DNA of 64,000 bases from an uncultured Fibrobacterota bacterium. Lineage in GTDB: Bacteria; Fibrobacterota; Chitinivibrionia; Chitinivibrionales; FEN-1185. The number at the start of each line of letters is the position of its first letter. The stretch's first letter is position 1. Of the stretch, positions 60,383 to 64,000 are shown one piece after another. The position numbers were made by a program, and so were the translations under genes. Below the pieces are notes generated by a model that was not told the origin of the DNA, searched no databases, and saw nothing but the letters and a program-made list of their open reading frames with translations. Location of the stretch: positions 1 through 64,000 of the forward strand of contig CAVWBU010000026.1 in NCBI GenBank assembly GCA_963753345.1. Direction: 5' to 3'.

Positions 60383-61855
60383 TTGGCCGCCGTTGCCGGC
60401 GTTCCCGAGACCGGCCTTCTCACCTCACGCACTATATCGGACGAAGCGTACGGCCTGCCGCTGTTTACAATGCCCGAAGCGAACAACGAATACGATTTCT
60501 GCGGTTCTCCGCTGGGGATCTTTGAAAAGGAAAGCACCTCGGTGCGCTGCGGCCTTGAATACCGGACATTCTCCCTTGCAAACGCGAAATCGGCGGACAG
60601 CGGGAGCGAATCGGTAAACGTGCCGGTGGTGCCGCGCGTGATGTTGGGGAAACGGGACGTGATCTACCTTATGCTCGACTACGAGCCTTCGTGGATATCG
60701 CAAAAGTCAAACGATACGACCCTGTCGCTGTCGCCCCTGCACCGGTTCGGGCTCACGGTCGCCGCGGAAATGCCGTCGAAGTACATGCGGTTCGGGATTG
60801 TGGGAAAAGGGTATATCGGGACGCTCGCCACGTCCCTCAATCAGAACACGCGCACCGTGATGGGGCTGTCGGCGCTTTCCGCGTACCTTGGAAGCCAGGT
60901 GCACCCGCTCGTGAGGATCGGCATCCACGGCGGGGCAACCGCAAATTTCGACTCCCTGCAGGACAAGACGAACATCGAAACGGACAGGTTTTTCTACGGC
61001 GCCATCCCCTCGTTCGGCGGCGATATCGACGTGGGCATGAAGGGCGTGCCCGTACAGAGCAGTTTCAACATCGATTTTGCCACGAACAACTTTGTCTATG
61101 TGACAAAGGGAATCCCGCCTGTAAAGCCGGACGGCAACGAGGACGCGCTCGTGGGCGACAGCCTCGCGTGGCAGTGGCGGACCATCGGCACAATCGCGCA
61201 TGCCGGGTTCGAATACCTTCCCGCGCTGTCCTTGGAGTACTGGCGAAATAGGACTCAGGATTACACTCCCGGCGAAAAAAACTATCCCCTCCAGTACGGG
61301 CCCGCGCGGGGCGACACGAACTGGACGTTCTCGTCGTTTTCGCTGGGGCTGGGAGCGTCCTCGCGTCTGCAAACGTATGGAAAAGCCTGGTTCGAATATA
61401 CCCACGAGTTCTTCAATGCGTCCTATGGCGCGGGCACGAACACCGGCAACAAAAACCGCGGCTACGACCGCATCGGCCTCGGACTGGAAGGAAATGTAAA
61501 TTCGATTCCCGGCCTGCGCATGCCCAAGTCCATAGAGGCGTTCCTGCGCCTCGGCTATCTTAACATGAGGGAAAACGCGCGATTCGGCGGGTATCATGAG
61601 GACGAGTTCCAGCAGATTTGCCCGGTGGCGGCGCGGTCGGAGTTCTCCGGCGACAACGGGGCGTACAGCCTCGCCTTCGGCCAGGACGAACGGGTGAGCC
61701 GGTTTTCCCTGGGCGCAGGCGGTACGTTTTTCAACAGGATGTTGGGAGCGGATTTCGTGCTTGCGTTTTTGTCAAGAGAGGCGGATATAAAAGAAAATGG
61801 GTTTGAGTTCGGGGTGGGGGTGGAGTATATATTGATGACGGGGAAAGGAAAGTGA
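60383..61855 (+). CDS. Probable outer-membrane beta-barrel protein; N-terminal signal appears to be in another frame
   Basis: Alternating hydrophobic/polar strands, C-terminal FEFGVGVEY; hydrophobic MPILFLALLL at 60351 is out of frame. Confidence 0.65.
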   Translation: MAAVAGVPETGLLTSRTISDEAYGLPLFTMPEANNEYDFCGSPLGIFEKESTSVRCGLEYRTFSLANAKSADSGSESVNVPVVPRVMLGKRDVIYLMLDYEPSWISQKSNDTTLSLSPLHRFGLTVAAEMPSKYMRFGIVGKGYIGTLATSLNQNTRTVMGLSALSAYLGSQVHPLVRIGIHGGATANFDSLQDKTNIETDRFFYGAIPSFGGDIDVGMKGVPVQSSFNIDFATNNFVYVTKGIPPVKPDGNEDALVGDSLAWQWRTIGTIAHAGFEYLPALSLEYWRNRTQDYTPGEKNYPLQYGPARGDTNWTFSSFSLGLGASSRLQTYGKAWFEYTHEFFNASYGAGTNTGNKNRGYDRIGLGLEGNVNSIPGLRMPKSIEAFLRLGYLNMRENARFGGYHEDEFQQICPVAARSEFSGDNGAYSLAFGQDERVSRFSLGAGGTFFNRMLGADFVLAFLSREADIKENGFEFGVGVEYILMTGKGK

Positions 61856-61927
61856 AGCATACACAGATCGGCCATGCCCTCAACACGATAGTTCCTCGTG
61901 AGAATCGCGAAAAGGAAGAGAAAAGTC

Positions 61928-62125
61928 ATGAATGACAAAATGAACAGAAAACACATAGAAATCGGTGCTTTGAAAGAATTGGAACAAAGCGACAGGAGAT
62001 ATTGGTCAAAAGCGAGCGTGCAAGAGAAATTGGCAACCATAACCTACTTGAGGGAGTGCTTCTATGGCCAAGAGGCAACTACCGGACGACTTCAAAGATT
62101 TCATAAAATCATTAAACGAGCATGA
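61928..62125 (+). CDS. Small hypothetical protein, partner of downstream nucleotidyltransferase
   Basis: DRRYW...S.QEKL..I.YLR...RLQR; same layout as 2275-2472. Confidence 0.7.
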   Translation: MNDKMNRKHIEIGALKELEQSDRRYWSKASVQEKLATITYLRECFYGQEATTGRLQRFHKIIKRA

Positions 62126-62522
62126 TGTTCGTTACCTTCTTGTGGGAGGCTGGGCCGTCGGGATTTACGGGAACCCGCGGGCAACCAAGGACATCGATTT
62201 TCTGATTGCCGTTGATGACAAAAACATAGCAAACCTGCAAAAAGCATTATACGCGTTTGGGGCGCCCACGGTCGAAAACAAGGTCTTTCAGGAGAAAGGC
62301 AATGTTTATCGCATGGGGCGGTCTCCGGTACAGGTTGACATAATCAACGAAGCTTCGGGAATAAGTTTCGAAGATTGCTATGCAAGACGCAATGTCATAA
62401 CCGTTGAGGATGTCAAGATATCGACAATATCAAAAGAGGACTTGATCAGGAACAAGAAAGCTTCCGGCAGACATCGGGACCTTGCGGATGCGGAGGGGCT
62501 TGAGGAAGATCAAATTGAATAG
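62064..62522 (+). CDS. Small nucleotidyltransferase-fold protein (paralog of 2414)
   Basis: LVGGWAVGIYG.PRATKDID, NKKASGRHRDLAD. Confidence 0.87.
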   Translation: MAKRQLPDDFKDFIKSLNEHDVRYLLVGGWAVGIYGNPRATKDIDFLIAVDDKNIANLQKALYAFGAPTVENKVFQEKGNVYRMGRSPVQVDIINEASGISFEDCYARRNVITVEDVKISTISKEDLIRNKKASGRHRDLADAEGLEEDQIE

Positions 62523-62552
62523 CCGCGGGAAGAAGGCGAAACCGCTCTCCGT

Positions 62553-62668
62553 GGGTGCCGCCACAACAATGTATGGTCTTGCACCTGCTTTGTCAAGGCG
62601 GCTACCCTGGAGAGGGGAGTGCCGAGGACTGCGGAGCAGGCCGAGGCCGGGGGAGATACCTCTCCCCC
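62553..62668 (+). repeat. Structured repeat family II, copy 2
   Basis: GGGTGCCGCC-ACAACAA..TCTTGCA..TCAA-GGCGGCTACCC..GAGGGG..AGGAC..GGGGGAGATACCTCTCCCCC. Confidence 0.7.
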
Positions 62669-62726
62669 AATATATTCTTGTTCTTTATCATGAATACTCT
62701 TCTTGATTAATCAATACAAAAACAGC

Positions 62727-63662
62727 TTACTTGACATTCTCCTCATCCATAAACTTCAACTCTTTATACAGCATCTCCATCATCGGCACGTTCACTCCGG
62801 CCTTCTTCGCCTCTCTCAGCGGGTTTCCGAAAATCGACCCCACTTCCATGGGCCGCTTTTCATCGTAGTCGATTTTCATGCTCGTGCGGTAGGGCGTCAT
62901 GGCGTCGGTATAGGCCACCATTTTGTCAATAAACTCCGGTTCTATAGGATGGCCGCGGGCCTTCGCAGCCGCGCGCACCTCGGCCATAATGCTTTTGGCA
63001 AGCTCGCGCGAATGGGGGTTCTTGTTAAGCGCGTCCGTCAATGCGGAAAGTACCACCGAAAGCCCGCTGTACGGCACGTTCCACACCAATTTTTTCCAGC
63101 GTGCGGTCCCGAGGTCCGGGGACATCTCAACAGATATTCCTGCTTTTGTAAAGTCGTCGGCAATCTCCCCGATTTGGGAAGTGATCCCGCTTTCCGAGCC
63201 ATCGCTTGTATACTGGGCCACGGTGATGTGGCCGAAGTCAAGGTGCTTGATCCGGCCGGGGCCGGTCTTGGTGACGCATACGAAGCAGAGTACGCCGAGC
63301 ACGCGGTCCGGGCCGACCATTGTCGCGACTTCCTCCTCGAATCCGATGCCGTTCTGCATGACAAGCACCAATCCGTCCTTCTTGACAATTGAGGGGAGGA
63401 TGGCCGGCAGGATGTGGTTGGCCGTTGTCTTCAGGGTGACCGCTGTGACGTCGCATTGCGGCATGCGGCGTGCGTCGTCGTACACGTTCACGTGAGGGAG
63501 AACGAAATCGCCGTCCTTGGATTCCACGGTAAGGCCGTGGTCGCAAATATGGCGGTAATCACTATGGGCGAGAAAGTGGACGTCGAACCCGGCGCGCGCG
63601 AGCCGGGCGCCGTAGAAACCGCCCACCGCGCCGGTGCCGATGATTGCGTAGGTTCTGCTCAC
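62727..63662 (-). CDS. panE: Putative 2-dehydropantoate 2-reductase (ketopantoate reductase family)
   Basis: IIGTGAVGG, QNGIG.EE, RWKKLVWN, TSMKID, RPME. Confidence 0.85.
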   Translation of the reverse strand: MSRTYAIIGTGAVGGFYGARLARAGFDVHFLAHSDYRHICDHGLTVESKDGDFVLPHVNVYDDARRMPQCDVTAVTLKTTANHILPAILPSIVKKDGLVLVMQNGIGFEEEVATMVGPDRVLGVLCFVCVTKTGPGRIKHLDFGHITVAQYTSDGSESGITSQIGEIADDFTKAGISVEMSPDLGTARWKKLVWNVPYSGLSVVLSALTDALNKNPHSRELAKSIMAEVRAAAKARGHPIEPEFIDKMVAYTDAMTPYRTSMKIDYDEKRPMEVGSIFGNPLREAKKAGVNVPMMEMLYKELKFMDEENVK

Positions 63663-63692
63663 GGAAACTGAGGAGCCGCAGACGCGCGCCCG

Positions 63693-64000
63693 CTACTCTT
63701 GAGGTGCAAGCGGCTGGCGGCCCAGTTTGATTGAAATAAGTTCGGGTCGCTTGTAGTGGATTATGGAGAGAAGGCCCACAAAGAGGAACCCGGACGCATA
63801 CAGCACCAGGAACGGACTCACCAGCGCATTTGAAAAGCCGATGAACACCCACAGGCCGGCGAGGCAGTAGAGGCCGAAAAAGAGCTCTATGATCCAGGTA
63901 ATGTCCTTGAGCGGCCGGTATGATGTTTTGACGGCCTGGCCCTTCTTGGGAGTGCGGAGAAAATCCGAGTCTTTGTGGAACAGCGCCTCGAGCACGGCCT
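63693..64000 (-). CDS. C-terminal part of a GT2 (cellulose-synthase-like) glycosyltransferase; continues beyond window
   Basis: AVLEAL....F.RTPK followed by two TM helices. Confidence 0.65.
   Translation of the reverse strand, partial: AVLEALFHKDSDFLRTPKKGQAVKTSYRPLKDITWIIELFFGLYCLAGLWVFIGFSNALVSPFLVLYASGFLFVGLLSIIHYKRPELISIKLGRQPLAPQE

Noticed and set aside
60085-62668. Integron attC cassettes
   Set aside because: Repeats lack RYYYAAC/GTTRRRY core sites and no integron integrase is present

Overview
64-kb chromosomal window from a moderately GC-rich diderm bacterium, probably FCB group and most likely Fibrobacterota/Chitinivibrionia-like. That placement is inference from a fused lpxC-fabZ, T9SS-like C-terminal tails and an Agl/Glt-like cluster. 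Core content: tRNA-Glu/tRNA-Gln, guaA, a metallopeptidase-PD40-Omp85 protein, an OmpA-TPR-TPR-ExbB-ExbD-ExbD-TonB-like motor/envelope cluster, an MFS-HEAT-cNMP protein with a sugar-type ABC transporter, tRNA-Thr, nrdR, dacB, the clpC-(TamB-like)-bamA-skp-lpxD-lpxC/fabZ-lpxA run, a kinase-like membrane protein, a panE-like gene and a partial GT2. Accessory content: two integrase-less mini-islands bounded by att-type direct repeats (guaA 3' end, tRNA-Thr 3' end); two copies of an overlapping small-ORF + nucleotidyltransferase module; an array of exported pentapeptide/MORN-repeat proteins; a ~112-bp two-hairpin mobile element in two copies, one cleanly interrupting an ORF6N gene; two families of structured intergenic repeats with compensatory base changes; and one gene with strongly G-skewed codon usage. 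About five single-base frameshifts look like assembly errors. All calls come from reading motifs by eye; no searches were run.
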